This document shows, in pieces, positions 9,416-17,978 of a stretch of DNA of 25,747 nt; within the stretch, counting starts at the first letter, position 1, and each line of letters begins with the position of its first letter. Source of the stretch: a virus (lineage: Duplodnaviria > Caudoviricetes); IMG/VR virus record IMGVR_UViG_3300017913_000448, positions 1-25,747 of that record; one strand, written 5' to 3'. The notes under the pieces were generated by a model. That model worked only from the letters and a program-made list of their open reading frames with translations. It searched no databases and had not been told where the DNA came from. Position numbers and translations under genes: made by a program.

Positions 9416-10252
9416 TTATATTCCCATTTTCTCCATTGTTTTAGGTCCGACAATGCCGTCTGCCATAAGTTCGTTTTCGGCTTGCCACGCTTTAACAGCG
9501 GCTTCAGTACCTGGACCAAAGTCACCATCTGCGGTGATACCAAGTGCTTCCTGCACCTTCTTCACTTGTTCACCTGTTGAGCCACGCTTGATTACTGTGT
9601 AACTATTTGGATTATCTTCTGGCACTTCTGGTGCTTCGCCAGTAAAAATCTCAATCGCTTCCGCCCAATGTTTCATTCTATCTGCTAGTCCGATTGTGCC
9701 ACCATTGATACGCTTAGTCATTCCAAGAATATCCATTTTGTCGCAATATCTGTTGATGCTGTTTTCTTGCCAGAACCAGCAAGCACTTTCAATTGCGCCT
9801 TTAGGTGTTCGTACATAGTCAGTTGCTTCTTCGGGTGACATACCAATGTCACGCCCAAATTCTGTGTAATTATATCGACCAGTTAGTTGAAGGTATCCCC
9901 CTCCTCTAAATCGCCAACCATCGCCAGTATCAGTATCCCCATTATGCATACGGTTTGCGTAAATAACATTCGCAATTTTTTCTGGTTGTCTGTGATATTC
10001 TTCTGCATCTCTACCTGCTCTGACAAAGTATTTTGGGAAAATCGCATTCAATGCTTTTGAACTGTAGTTTAGATTTTCAGAAAGCACTTTGAAACCTGCA
10101 CTTTCATGTCCACACTGAGCAATAAAACCAGCAACTCTTTGAGGTGTTGTGATGTCGTATTTTGGGAATATCTCCAGCATGGCTTCGAAAAGTTCACCAC
10201 TATCTCTGTGCAAGATAGCATCTAGGTGAGCCTTAGTAAAATCAAACTGCAT
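9416..10252 (-). CDS. GH19 chitinase-like endolysin with C-terminal peptidoglycan-binding domain
   Basis: FIAQCGHESAGF, ENLNYS, DGWRFRGGGYLQLTGRYNY, TKRINGG; C-terminal ADGDFGPGT...ADGIVGPKT repeats. Confidence 0.9.
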   Translation of the reverse strand: MQFDFTKAHLDAILHRDSGELFEAMLEIFPKYDITTPQRVAGFIAQCGHESAGFKVLSENLNYSSKALNAIFPKYFVRAGRDAEEYHRQPEKIANVIYANRMHNGDTDTGDGWRFRGGGYLQLTGRYNYTEFGRDIGMSPEEATDYVRTPKGAIESACWFWQENSINRYCDKMDILGMTKRINGGTIGLADRMKHWAEAIEIFTGEAPEVPEDNPNSYTVIKRGSTGEQVKKVQEALGITADGDFGPGTEAAVKAWQAENELMADGIVGPKTMEKMGI

Positions 10253-10270
10253 GAATTATCTCCTCTAATT

Positions 10271-10301
10271 AAAACTGAAGCGGGAAACGCTCCCGCTCCA
10301 G
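10271..10301 (-). terminator. Intrinsic terminator after hsp20
   Basis: Minus strand CTGGAGCGGGA-GCGT-TTCCCGCTTCAG-TTTT. Confidence 0.7.
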
Positions 10302-10313
10302 TTATATAGTTAC

Positions 10314-10757
10314 TTACTTGTCTTCGGTAAGAAACTCTTTGTCTGAGACTGTGCCAATCTCAATTTTACGAGGCTTTTTCTCTTCAGGAATGATGCGTTC
10401 TAGGTCAATTGATAGAATACCATTGTTAAGGTCTGCACCTTTAACAACTACATCATCTGAAAGAGTAAATGTGCGGGTGAAGGCACGAGTGCCAATTCCC
10501 TTGTGAACGAAAAATTTACTCTCATCTTCTGCTTTCTTACCTGTGATAGTAAGATTGCCTTCCTTCAACTCGATTTCAATTTCATCTTTGTTGAAGCCAG
10601 CAACAGCAAGTTCTACCTTATAGTTCTCATCATCTCTGATGATATTATATGGTGGGTAACCGCCAGATGTCTGTGGAATGTTTTGCAAACGATTAAACGC
10701 ATGGTCAAATCCGATTGCACGGTCGAGTAGATTTTCGATATGTTCGAAATGTGTCAT
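10314..10757 (-). CDS. hsp20: Small heat-shock protein Hsp20 (IbpA-like)
   Basis: YPPYNI, ELAVAGF, HKGIGTRAFTRTF, NGILSIDLERIIPEEKKPRKIEI. Confidence 0.95.
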   Translation of the reverse strand: MTHFEHIENLLDRAIGFDHAFNRLQNIPQTSGGYPPYNIIRDDENYKVELAVAGFNKDEIEIELKEGNLTITGKKAEDESKFFVHKGIGTRAFTRTFTLSDDVVVKGADLNNGILSIDLERIIPEEKKPRKIEIGTVSDKEFLTEDK

Positions 10758-10763
10758 ATTGCT

Positions 10764-10813
10764 ATCTCCTTAAATTAAGCAAGATTGATTTATGATACCC
10801 TTACGGCGTATCA
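10764..10813 (-). promoter_or_regulatory. ROSE-like RNA thermometer in the hsp20 5' UTR
   Basis: Minus strand hairpin ATCTTGCTTA-ATT-TAAGGAGAT places UUGCU against the AGGAG SD; upstream hairpin TGATAC-GCC-GTAA-GG-GTATCA. Confidence 0.7.
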
Positions 10814-10849
10814 ACATATATTTAGTCACTAAATCAAAAATTTCAAGGG

Positions 10850-11413
10850 TTACTCTGAAGTTTTTTCTTCAGTGACACCATCACCTGTTGAACCAAAACC
10901 ACCGATGCGGTCTGTCTTAGTTTCAGGTGCTTCTTCTCTCGGCTGTAGTGCGAAAGTCAAAGCCATTGTGAGGTCTGCTTGACAAACTCTTTCATTGTCA
11001 ATCACGTTCTGAATAACAGATGATGTATTCTGAACGATTGCAAACACTGGCTCGACATAATCACAATCTACAACACCCACACCGTTCGCTAGTGACAAAC
11101 CTTTTTTCAAGGCATGACCTGAGCGAGAGTATAAACGTAGAGAATATCCCACAGGAATATCGAAAATGATACCTGTTGGAATAAGGGCTCTATCGCCTGG
11201 GTTGAGATTAATCATATCAGTACGTTCATGGTCTTTACCGACTGTGAATGTACGCTTGATATTCTTACTGTCGTACACAGTAATTTCCATACCTTCTTTG
11301 ATGTACGCATGAAGGTCAAAGCAAGCAGATGCTTGTGTTGCTACTGTTGGGTCTGGAACATCTGCGGCTGTCTTATAAAATCCTAGCGGATGCGGAACAA
11401 TCATTTGTGTCAT
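10850..11413 (-). CDS. dut: Trimeric dUTPase
   Basis: ACFDL, SRSG, GVVDCDY, RIGGFGSTG motifs. Confidence 0.9.
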   Translation of the reverse strand: MTQMIVPHPLGFYKTAADVPDPTVATQASACFDLHAYIKEGMEITVYDSKNIKRTFTVGKDHERTDMINLNPGDRALIPTGIIFDIPVGYSLRLYSRSGHALKKGLSLANGVGVVDCDYVEPVFAIVQNTSSVIQNVIDNERVCQADLTMALTFALQPREEAPETKTDRIGGFGSTGDGVTEEKTSE

Positions 11414-11414
11414 A

Positions 11415-11816
11415 CTATACCTTCTTCTTTCCGATGTTATATTTTGCTACTAGTTCCCAATGGTCTTTCTCTTTGAAAGGTAAAATCTTTACTTGAGAAA
11501 TTGGTGCAAGTGGGTCTTGCGACATTTCTTTGTTTACAACTTTAATCAATCCCCATTCACTCAAAAGATTAGCAATCGTATTACGTCTTGCAATGTCTTG
11601 TTCACCAAAGTTCGATGGCTTACCATCTAGTGCGAACAGTTCTTTGAAATGCACAATGTAATACTTACCTTTCTTATGAAGAATATGACAAGACTGATAA
11701 AGTTTCTTTTCTTTTCTTGAGGCTACGCCAATGCGAGTTAAGGTCTCTCTTACTTTGAGAAAGTCGTCTTCGTTAACAAGGGTAACCTCAACCATATTTT
11801 CTGTTGAAGTCATCAA
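11415..11816 (-). CDS. regA: Translational repressor RegA
   Basis: DDFLKVRETLTRIGVASRK, LYQSCHILHKKGKYYIVHFKELF. Confidence 0.95.
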   Translation of the reverse strand: MMTSTENMVEVTLVNEDDFLKVRETLTRIGVASRKEKKLYQSCHILHKKGKYYIVHFKELFALDGKPSNFGEQDIARRNTIANLLSEWGLIKVVNKEMSQDPLAPISQVKILPFKEKDHWELVAKYNIGKKKV

Positions 11817-11827
11817 TTCACTCCTAA

Positions 11828-12217
11828 TTATCTACCACCCGTGAAGGTGTTCTTTTTAATTTGCTCAAAATCATCATCAGTCAATAAATCAACTACTGCT
11901 TCCGCTTGACGCTTAGAGTAGTTGAAATAACTCTGAACGATTTCTACTTTTGCGACCTTTTCGGGTTTAGCCCATTTGCTGAAACGCTTTCGTGGTCTAA
12001 TACTATTTAGTAAGAACTCATATTGCAACTTCTTGTCCAAGTGTGAAGACTTGTTCATTTCGTTGGCATGAGCCAATGTGTCCATATAGTAAGACAACGC
12101 ACGGTTCATTACAAATGGTTCATAAGCCTTTTCGGCTAACTCATCATTTTCAGTGTTACGCATCATATTCTCTTTTTTATGCGTAACACTACTGACATAT
12201 TCGAATGCATTACTCAT
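11828..12217 (-). CDS. 62: Clamp loader small subunit (gp62)
   Basis: YEPFVMNRALS, RKRFSKWAK; synteny 44-62-regA. Confidence 0.9.
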   Translation of the reverse strand: MSNAFEYVSSVTHKKENMMRNTENDELAEKAYEPFVMNRALSYYMDTLAHANEMNKSSHLDKKLQYEFLLNSIRPRKRFSKWAKPEKVAKVEIVQSYFNYSKRQAEAVVDLLTDDDFEQIKKNTFTGGR

Positions 12218-13155
12218 TATTCAAACTCGCAATTCATCATTACTTCAGTTAAGAAAGCAACAAAGTTAACTTCTTGGTCGGCAACAAATGCAGATTTATA
12301 TTGATAGTCTGCAATGTGTAGAACCAACTGTGGAATAGACGCCTTCTTAATATACTCATACGAACCATCATAGATGGAACGAAAAAGTACAGTAGGGTCA
12401 TTATCGATATTATGACCGACCCATTTACGCATCTCACCAAACTCTTTGGCTTTGAGATGACCCATCAAGGTCTTCATTGAAGCATCTGTCGTATTCGCCA
12501 GAATGCCAGCATCGATAGTACCACTAGTCCCGTATCTCTGTAGTTCATTCAAAACACGGCGAAAGTCTGGGAAGTGTTTTGTGATTACTTGAGCAATCAC
12601 ATTACGCTCGGCATAAACACCCTCTTTATTGAGAATGTCTAACACACGCTCAAAGAATTGAGCCGCCATCTTTGCTTTCGTCTCTTTACCGATTTTGAAA
12701 TCAATAACAGAACACCTACTATGTAGGGGTGCAATAATACGGTTCTTGAAGTTACAAGTCAGAATGAATTGACAGTTCTTAGAGAACTCTTCGATAAAAC
12801 CACGCAACGCAGGTTGTGTAGAGTTAGGGTTTAGATAATCAGCCTCATCAAGGATGACTACTTTACGACTACCAGTCAAAGAGACAGTAGAAGCAAAGTT
12901 CTGAATATCAGTTCTTAGGGTATCGATACCACCATTCATCGAACCGTTGATGATGATGTAATCAAATCCTAGTTCTTCACATAAGGCACGGGCGATTGTA
13001 GTCTTACCTGTACCTTGAGTACCTGAGAGTAGTAGATTTGGCACTGCACCAGCATCTACAAACTCTTGGAATGTTTTCTTCAACTCTTCGGGTAGAATAG
13101 TTTCAGAAATTGTTTTGGGTCGATACTTCTCAACCCAGAGAAAATCATCTCTCAT
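12217..13155 (-). CDS. 44: Clamp loader large subunit (gp44)
   Basis: LWVEKYRP, GTGKTT, ILDEADYL, SRC motif. Confidence 0.95.
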   Translation of the reverse strand: MRDDFLWVEKYRPKTISETILPEELKKTFQEFVDAGAVPNLLLSGTQGTGKTTIARALCEELGFDYIIINGSMNGGIDTLRTDIQNFASTVSLTGSRKVVILDEADYLNPNSTQPALRGFIEEFSKNCQFILTCNFKNRIIAPLHSRCSVIDFKIGKETKAKMAAQFFERVLDILNKEGVYAERNVIAQVITKHFPDFRRVLNELQRYGTSGTIDAGILANTTDASMKTLMGHLKAKEFGEMRKWVGHNIDNDPTVLFRSIYDGSYEYIKKASIPQLVLHIADYQYKSAFVADQEVNFVAFLTEVMMNCEFE

Positions 13156-13168
13156 AATATACCTCTCA

Positions 13169-13324
13169 TTATATAAAGTTTTGCATAACAGTATTTGTTA
13201 TGATAGCAAAGCAAGTAAGAATGTGCAGGACCACCCAACCAGTACGCAGTATTGCAACTCTGTCAGCCCTACGGTCATCCTCATATGCTTTTGTTCCAAT
13301 CGCTTTACACCAGTATTCCCACAT
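13169..13324 (-). CDS. Small 51-aa membrane protein missed by the ORF track
   Basis: Hand translation: MWEYWCKAIGTKAYEDDRRADRVAILRTGWVVLHILTCFAIITNTVMQNFI*; fills the 45-44 gap. Confidence 0.75.
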   Translation of the reverse strand: MWEYWCKAIGTKAYEDDRRADRVAILRTGWVVLHILTCFAIITNTVMQNFI

Positions 13325-13327
13325 GGA

Positions 13328-13993
13328 TTAACCATATGTCGAGCCAGTTTCGACCGCTACGAAATAGCGCAAGTCGACCTTGGTAGATGTAAACAAACCA
13401 TAGCGAGGTGTTAGTTTCACGTTATATGCACCAGGTAGCATCTTCAGATTTTCAGTTTTGAATACCATCTTGAATGGTGTATCTGAAGTGTGGTCAACTT
13501 CAACATCATAACTATTTGATGTATCGTTTTTGATGTCGGATGCTTTAACGATAGTTGGACCAGAACCAGTGCTTTCGACTACGATGTCTGGCGCACCAAG
13601 AACTGCGGCACCACGGAGAACCTCTGCCAATGTTTGTGCAGAGATTTCAAACTCAACATCTGCATCTGTTGGTAGGTCTTTGTCTGGTGGTGAAATTACC
13701 ATGCTCTCATCAGCATAGAAATATTTGATTTTTGATTTACCGTTACCAACTACAACTGAATTTGTACCGAAGTCAAATTCTGCATTCTCTTGGAATAGTG
13801 ATACTGCACCCAAGAATTGGTTCAAATCATAGATGGCGAAATCGCTATCGAAATTTTCAGGAACAGAACATTCTGCGAGAATGTTTTTCTGACCACTGAT
13901 TGTACGAAGGCGATTGCCCGTCTTCACCGCAATGCCAGTGTTGATTGTTGAAAAGTTCTTCAACACTGTCAAGGTTTCATTACTAATTTTCAT
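13328..13993 (-). CDS. 45: Sliding clamp (gp45)
   Basis: MKISNETLTVLKNFSTIN, FAIYDLNQFL, ENLKMLPGAY. Confidence 0.95.
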   Translation of the reverse strand: MKISNETLTVLKNFSTINTGIAVKTGNRLRTISGQKNILAECSVPENFDSDFAIYDLNQFLGAVSLFQENAEFDFGTNSVVVGNGKSKIKYFYADESMVISPPDKDLPTDADVEFEISAQTLAEVLRGAAVLGAPDIVVESTGSGPTIVKASDIKNDTSNSYDVEVDHTSDTPFKMVFKTENLKMLPGAYNVKLTPRYGLFTSTKVDLRYFVAVETGSTYG

Positions 13994-14421
13994 ACTTTAT
14001 CTCCAGTAAATTTAGTTGCTCTTTCAAGTTGAGTTTCAATCCACTTTGCACATTCTTTAGCAGTCATTGCTTCATCTTTTACAGGTGGAAGTCGGTCGTC
14101 TTGACCAATCTCTCTAATCACAGATGCAGTCAGCATCATAGCAGAGGACATAATCAAGGCAACGTGCGGCAAACCCGAACCGCCTTCAGCATCGTCATAT
14201 TCACGACCACGCTCAAAGTCTTCAATGTGTCTTTTCAGGCTATCAATCATTTGTTGCCAGGGCAGACCCTTTTCCCAATTTCGATTATCATATTTTTTCG
14301 CACCATATTCAAGTGCGGCGGCACCTGCCGCCAAAGCCTCAAGGGGCAACTGGCGAAAATAGGGAACACCAATGCATTCCCTCATCGCTCCAGTTTCAGA
14401 TTTATTCCATTCTTGCATCAT
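13990..14421 (-). CDS. dATP/dGTP diphosphohydrolase domain protein (DUF5664-like)
   Basis: ETGAMRE, YGAKKYDNRNWEKG, SLKRH, GLPHVA; start revised to ATG 14421 after AAGGAG. Confidence 0.8.
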   Translation of the reverse strand: MMQEWNKSETGAMRECIGVPYFRQLPLEALAAGAAALEYGAKKYDNRNWEKGLPWQQMIDSLKRHIEDFERGREYDDAEGGSGLPHVALIMSSAMMLTASVIREIGQDDRLPPVKDEAMTAKECAKWIETQLERATKFTGDKV

Positions 14422-14428
14422 ATCTCCT

Positions 14429-15616
14429 TTAGAATGGTGCATATTCACCATCTTCAGTTTTAGGTGTTTCGGCTGTCTCACCTTCAGCGGTCATCGCCCC
14501 GCCATCCACTTTAGTGTAGAGGTCGAGGAAAGACTGCTTGGTATCAGCATCGAAACGGTTCACACAAAGTTCGATGGCTTTCATTTTGTCACCGAAGATT
14601 GAGTAGGCTTTCGCAATGTGAACCAGACGGCGAGTTGCGATAATCTCATCAACACCACCTTCATAGAACGTCTTACGAATGATATCAGCCCAGTCAATCA
14701 ACTTGCCGATGAATTCATCATCATTCAGTGACAGGCTATCGAACACCTTCTTCAGGATTTTCTTTTCAACAGCATTGCTGGCATACTCTTGCTCAACAGT
14801 AATTGGGAAACGCTCAAGGAACGCTTCATCAAGGATTTGAGCGGCGATGAAACGACCGTCATCAGAACCCTTACCTTTAGTGTTAGCAGTGGCAACAATG
14901 TTGAACCCTGGAGCAGGATGAATAACTTCACCCGTCTTCTTATTGATGTAAGGCTTACCTTCTGCAATCGCCTGAAGCGCAAGCAACTTGTTAGAGCCAC
15001 GGTCAATCTCATCAAGGACAAGAACCGCACCCTTACGCATTGCATTCAGAACAGGACCTTCACGATAGACAACATTGCCATCGACAAGAGTGTTACCACC
15101 GATGAGGTCATCTTCATCAGTCTCGATTGAGATAGAGATTTTAATCATCTCACGGTTAGAAGCGGCACAGGCTTGTTCGACCATGAAAGTCTTACCGTTA
15201 CCAGAGAGACCAGTCACAAGAACTGGGTAGAACATCTTAGAAACAAGAATGTTCTTCAGGTCATTGAAGAAGCCGAAAGGCACATAAAGTGGGTCTTTCT
15301 CTGGGACAAAGTTCTTTGTCACAGTCTCGGTAATGGCTTGTGTCATAGGAACGACCTTTGCAACTGGTTGTAAGTTCATAGTGGTATCAACTACGGGAGC
15401 AGTTTGCTCACCAGCAATTCGATACATGCCTCGACCAACACGGGTCTCTTTATTTGTATAGATGAAGCGAGGACGGGCGGCACCCATCTCTTCAGCAAGG
15501 TCTACAATCTGTTGCTTGGTCACAACTGGACCGAACTTTTCAACAGCGGCTTCAACAAAGGCAGCCTGGGTAGAAGTTAGATTTTTCATAATATATTCTC
15601 CTTTCAGAGGGTTCAA
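14429..15616 (-). CDS. CobS/MoxR-family AAA+ ATPase
   Basis: GLSGNGKT, EDDLIGG, LDEIDRG, ATANTKGKGS, AFLERF; true start may be MKNLTST a few codons downstream. Confidence 0.9.
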   Translation of the reverse strand: MNPLKGEYIMKNLTSTQAAFVEAAVEKFGPVVTKQQIVDLAEEMGAARPRFIYTNKETRVGRGMYRIAGEQTAPVVDTTMNLQPVAKVVPMTQAITETVTKNFVPEKDPLYVPFGFFNDLKNILVSKMFYPVLVTGLSGNGKTFMVEQACAASNREMIKISISIETDEDDLIGGNTLVDGNVVYREGPVLNAMRKGAVLVLDEIDRGSNKLLALQAIAEGKPYINKKTGEVIHPAPGFNIVATANTKGKGSDDGRFIAAQILDEAFLERFPITVEQEYASNAVEKKILKKVFDSLSLNDDEFIGKLIDWADIIRKTFYEGGVDEIIATRRLVHIAKAYSIFGDKMKAIELCVNRFDADTKQSFLDLYTKVDGGAMTAEGETAETPKTEDGEYAPF

Positions 15617-15647
15617 ATTGTTGGACTCTCACCAACTCACAATACAT

Positions 15648-15675
15648 ATATTAACAGGTTCGAAATATATGTCAA
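15648..15675 (-). promoter_or_regulatory. Sigma70-type promoter TTGACA-16-TAATAT
   Basis: Minus strand TTGACATATATTTCGAACCTGTTAATAT preceded by two phased A7 tracts. Confidence 0.75.
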
Positions 15676-15697
15676 GGCTTTTTTTGGCTTTTTTTGG

Positions 15698-17860
15698 TTA
15701 AGCCGCAACTTTTTCCATTAGTCGGTTCAGAAGAACTCGGTTCGCTGTTTTCGCATTTGAAGCCTTCATAAATGCGCTACGAATTTTTGCTTTTGAAGCG
15801 TCGGCATCAACTTTCAGACCTTCATCAGTTCCAGTCAACATATCATCTCCACCAGGGAGTAAGAAGTAACTGTCATAACCAGCATTGTTCAGTTCTTTGA
15901 ACTTAGTTTTACGAAACTCACGGACATCAGCATTCCAGACACCGAACCGAGCGAATGCGCTACGAATTTCACGAGGGCGATTATCAACGATAAAGAAGCC
16001 AATCGTATTCACACCACAACGGTCTTTGATTGCTTTAATAAGGGCTGTAGTCAAAGTGTCAGTAACTTTGTAAGTCTTCTTGGTCACAGTGTCCTGCATA
16101 AAGCAGTCGGTGCGATATGAATTGCGATAGTAACTTACATGTCCCTCTGAATAATATTCACAAGGCGCTTTCTGAACACCACACTGATGGCTCTCACCAT
16201 CTGACAGAACTACAAAGTTCACAATCTGAGCCTTTGTCTTCTGACGGAACTTTTTGATAATCGCAGGTGCCATCAGCAATGCATCATCAAGAGGAGTACC
16301 GCCCAACTGCATCTGTTGTGGAATGTTCATACGATAGTAACGACCATTCTGAAGAGACTGTCGAACCAGCATCATGTTTTCAAGTTGCTGATTGAAATCT
16401 GCAAGGCTCATGTTTGTATCGAACAAACAAGCAAGACCTGGGTGACGGTCACCAACACAAAGTTCATCATTCGCAAACTGCTTTTCTTTAATCTGAAATT
16501 CTGTACTCGGAATGTGGTCGCTGAACATGTATGCCTCGAAAGGAATTTTAACTTTTCGACAGAAGACAACGAGGTTCAACAACTGGTCGATTGTAGCCGC
16601 CATGTTTGGTGCCATTGAACCAGACCAATCGATGTACATCACAAAGCCGTGGTTCTTACCACCTTGAACTGTCGCAACTTTTTTGAACAGGTCATCGTTG
16701 AACTTGTAACCGAAAACTTTTTTCATATCAAGTTCACCAGTCTTTGAAATCTGAACACGCTTGAATTCATCAGCCTTCTTACGCATCTCAAATTCTTTGA
16801 CCATGTAGTTGATAATCTTCTGGTTGTTTGCACGCCACTCTTTAGTCTTTTCAGCAACTTCAACTTTGTGAGAAGAAAGCAGATTTTCGTTACTCGCAAA
16901 CCATTCAATCACTCGCTTGTAACCGATAACACGGTCAGAGTAGTCATGGTCACCGAAGGTAACATATTCAACTTCACGACCATCTTGCTTAGTTAGTTGA
17001 CCTTCGTTGGCTCGCTGAGTTTCATCAGTATCACCACCCATCAATTCTTCGGCATCAACAGGCATCTCATCGATTTCTTCATCATCGAATTCATCATCCC
17101 ATTCATCACCGTAACCAGCGTCTTGGCTCTCTTCATCACCAGTGGCATCAGTAGGAGCAGGAGCAGAGTTTTGATTTTCTTCTTCTTCACCGTCATCATC
17201 ATTCTGACCATCGGTGTCAAACTCTTCACCTTCTTCATCATCACCAGCCTGACCAGACTGCTTTTGCTCTTCAGCCTCTTGCTCTAATTGCTCTTCGGCT
17301 TTTTCTTTTTCAGCCGCAAACAATTCTTCAGTCAGAGCCATGACCTCTTCGAAAGTATCAGTAGCACCAATCTTTTCAATCCATTCAGCCTCTTCTTCAT
17401 TGAACTGAAGATTTACAAGAGTACCGAGTTTGAAGTGAAGGTTAATTCTGTCGATGAAAGGCAATGCTTGAATGTCTTGACCACGCAAACCGAAGAAGTC
17501 CATATCAAGCAATTCTTTGTAGCCGTTGCGATATGCACCAGCAAGACCAGGGTACTTGAGTTTGATTTTCTTTTCGATGCGGGCATCTTCAACAATGTTC
17601 AAGAATGTTTTGAACTTGGGACCGTTAGCACAAACAGCGTCATGCCAGCCTTCTTCAGGCGTCCACAATGCGTGACCAACTTCGTGGCTAGTCATCAAAT
17701 CGTAAATATTGACGCTCAAGTCTTCTTTGAGAATAGGCAACGTCAACACACGGTTCTTAACATCGAAAGAAGCAGTTTGCGTCTTTTTATGCTGAACTGT
17801 GATGTTTTCTGTCGCCATCAACTTGGCTAACTGAGACTTTGTATTCGCTAAATTCATCAT
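15698..17860 (-). CDS. Metallopeptidase-like (HExxH) + acidic linker + VWA protein (CobT-like partner of the AAA ATPase)
   Basis: HEVGH and NIVEDARIE; D/E-rich linker; MIDAS DWSGSM, GGTPL, LSDGES. Confidence 0.85.
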   Translation of the reverse strand: MMNLANTKSQLAKLMATENITVQHKKTQTASFDVKNRVLTLPILKEDLSVNIYDLMTSHEVGHALWTPEEGWHDAVCANGPKFKTFLNIVEDARIEKKIKLKYPGLAGAYRNGYKELLDMDFFGLRGQDIQALPFIDRINLHFKLGTLVNLQFNEEEAEWIEKIGATDTFEEVMALTEELFAAEKEKAEEQLEQEAEEQKQSGQAGDDEEGEEFDTDGQNDDDGEEEENQNSAPAPTDATGDEESQDAGYGDEWDDEFDDEEIDEMPVDAEELMGGDTDETQRANEGQLTKQDGREVEYVTFGDHDYSDRVIGYKRVIEWFASNENLLSSHKVEVAEKTKEWRANNQKIINYMVKEFEMRKKADEFKRVQISKTGELDMKKVFGYKFNDDLFKKVATVQGGKNHGFVMYIDWSGSMAPNMAATIDQLLNLVVFCRKVKIPFEAYMFSDHIPSTEFQIKEKQFANDELCVGDRHPGLACLFDTNMSLADFNQQLENMMLVRQSLQNGRYYRMNIPQQMQLGGTPLDDALLMAPAIIKKFRQKTKAQIVNFVVLSDGESHQCGVQKAPCEYYSEGHVSYYRNSYRTDCFMQDTVTKKTYKVTDTLTTALIKAIKDRCGVNTIGFFIVDNRPREIRSAFARFGVWNADVREFRKTKFKELNNAGYDSYFLLPGGDDMLTGTDEGLKVDADASKAKIRSAFMKASNAKTANRVLLNRLMEKVAA

Positions 17861-17894
17861 AATATATGTAGTCCTCTCATCACCTTACATATCC

Positions 17895-17922
17895 ATAATA
17901 GCAGGATGACGATATATGTCAA
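17895..17922 (-). promoter_or_regulatory. Sigma70-type promoter TTGACA-16-TATTAT
   Basis: Minus strand TTGACATATATCGTCATCCTGCTATTAT preceded by three AAAATAA units. Confidence 0.75.
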
Positions 17923-17978
17923 GGATTATTTTGGTTATTTTCGCATTATTTTTCAGTGGTTTACGAAAAACCACCAAA

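Noticed and set aside
13115-13414. 99-aa plus-strand ORF spanning the gp45-gp44 gap
   Set aside because: Overlaps both core genes in antisense; the gap is better explained by the 51-aa minus-strand ORF
17288-17830. 180-aa plus-strand ORF and the many other plus-strand ORFs in the track
   Set aside because: Antisense shadows of well-supported minus-strand genes; F/L/S/I-rich with no motifs
17956-17974. Hairpin GTGGTTT...AAACCAC after cmoA as a terminator
   Set aside because: Weak stem and no U-tract on the minus strand
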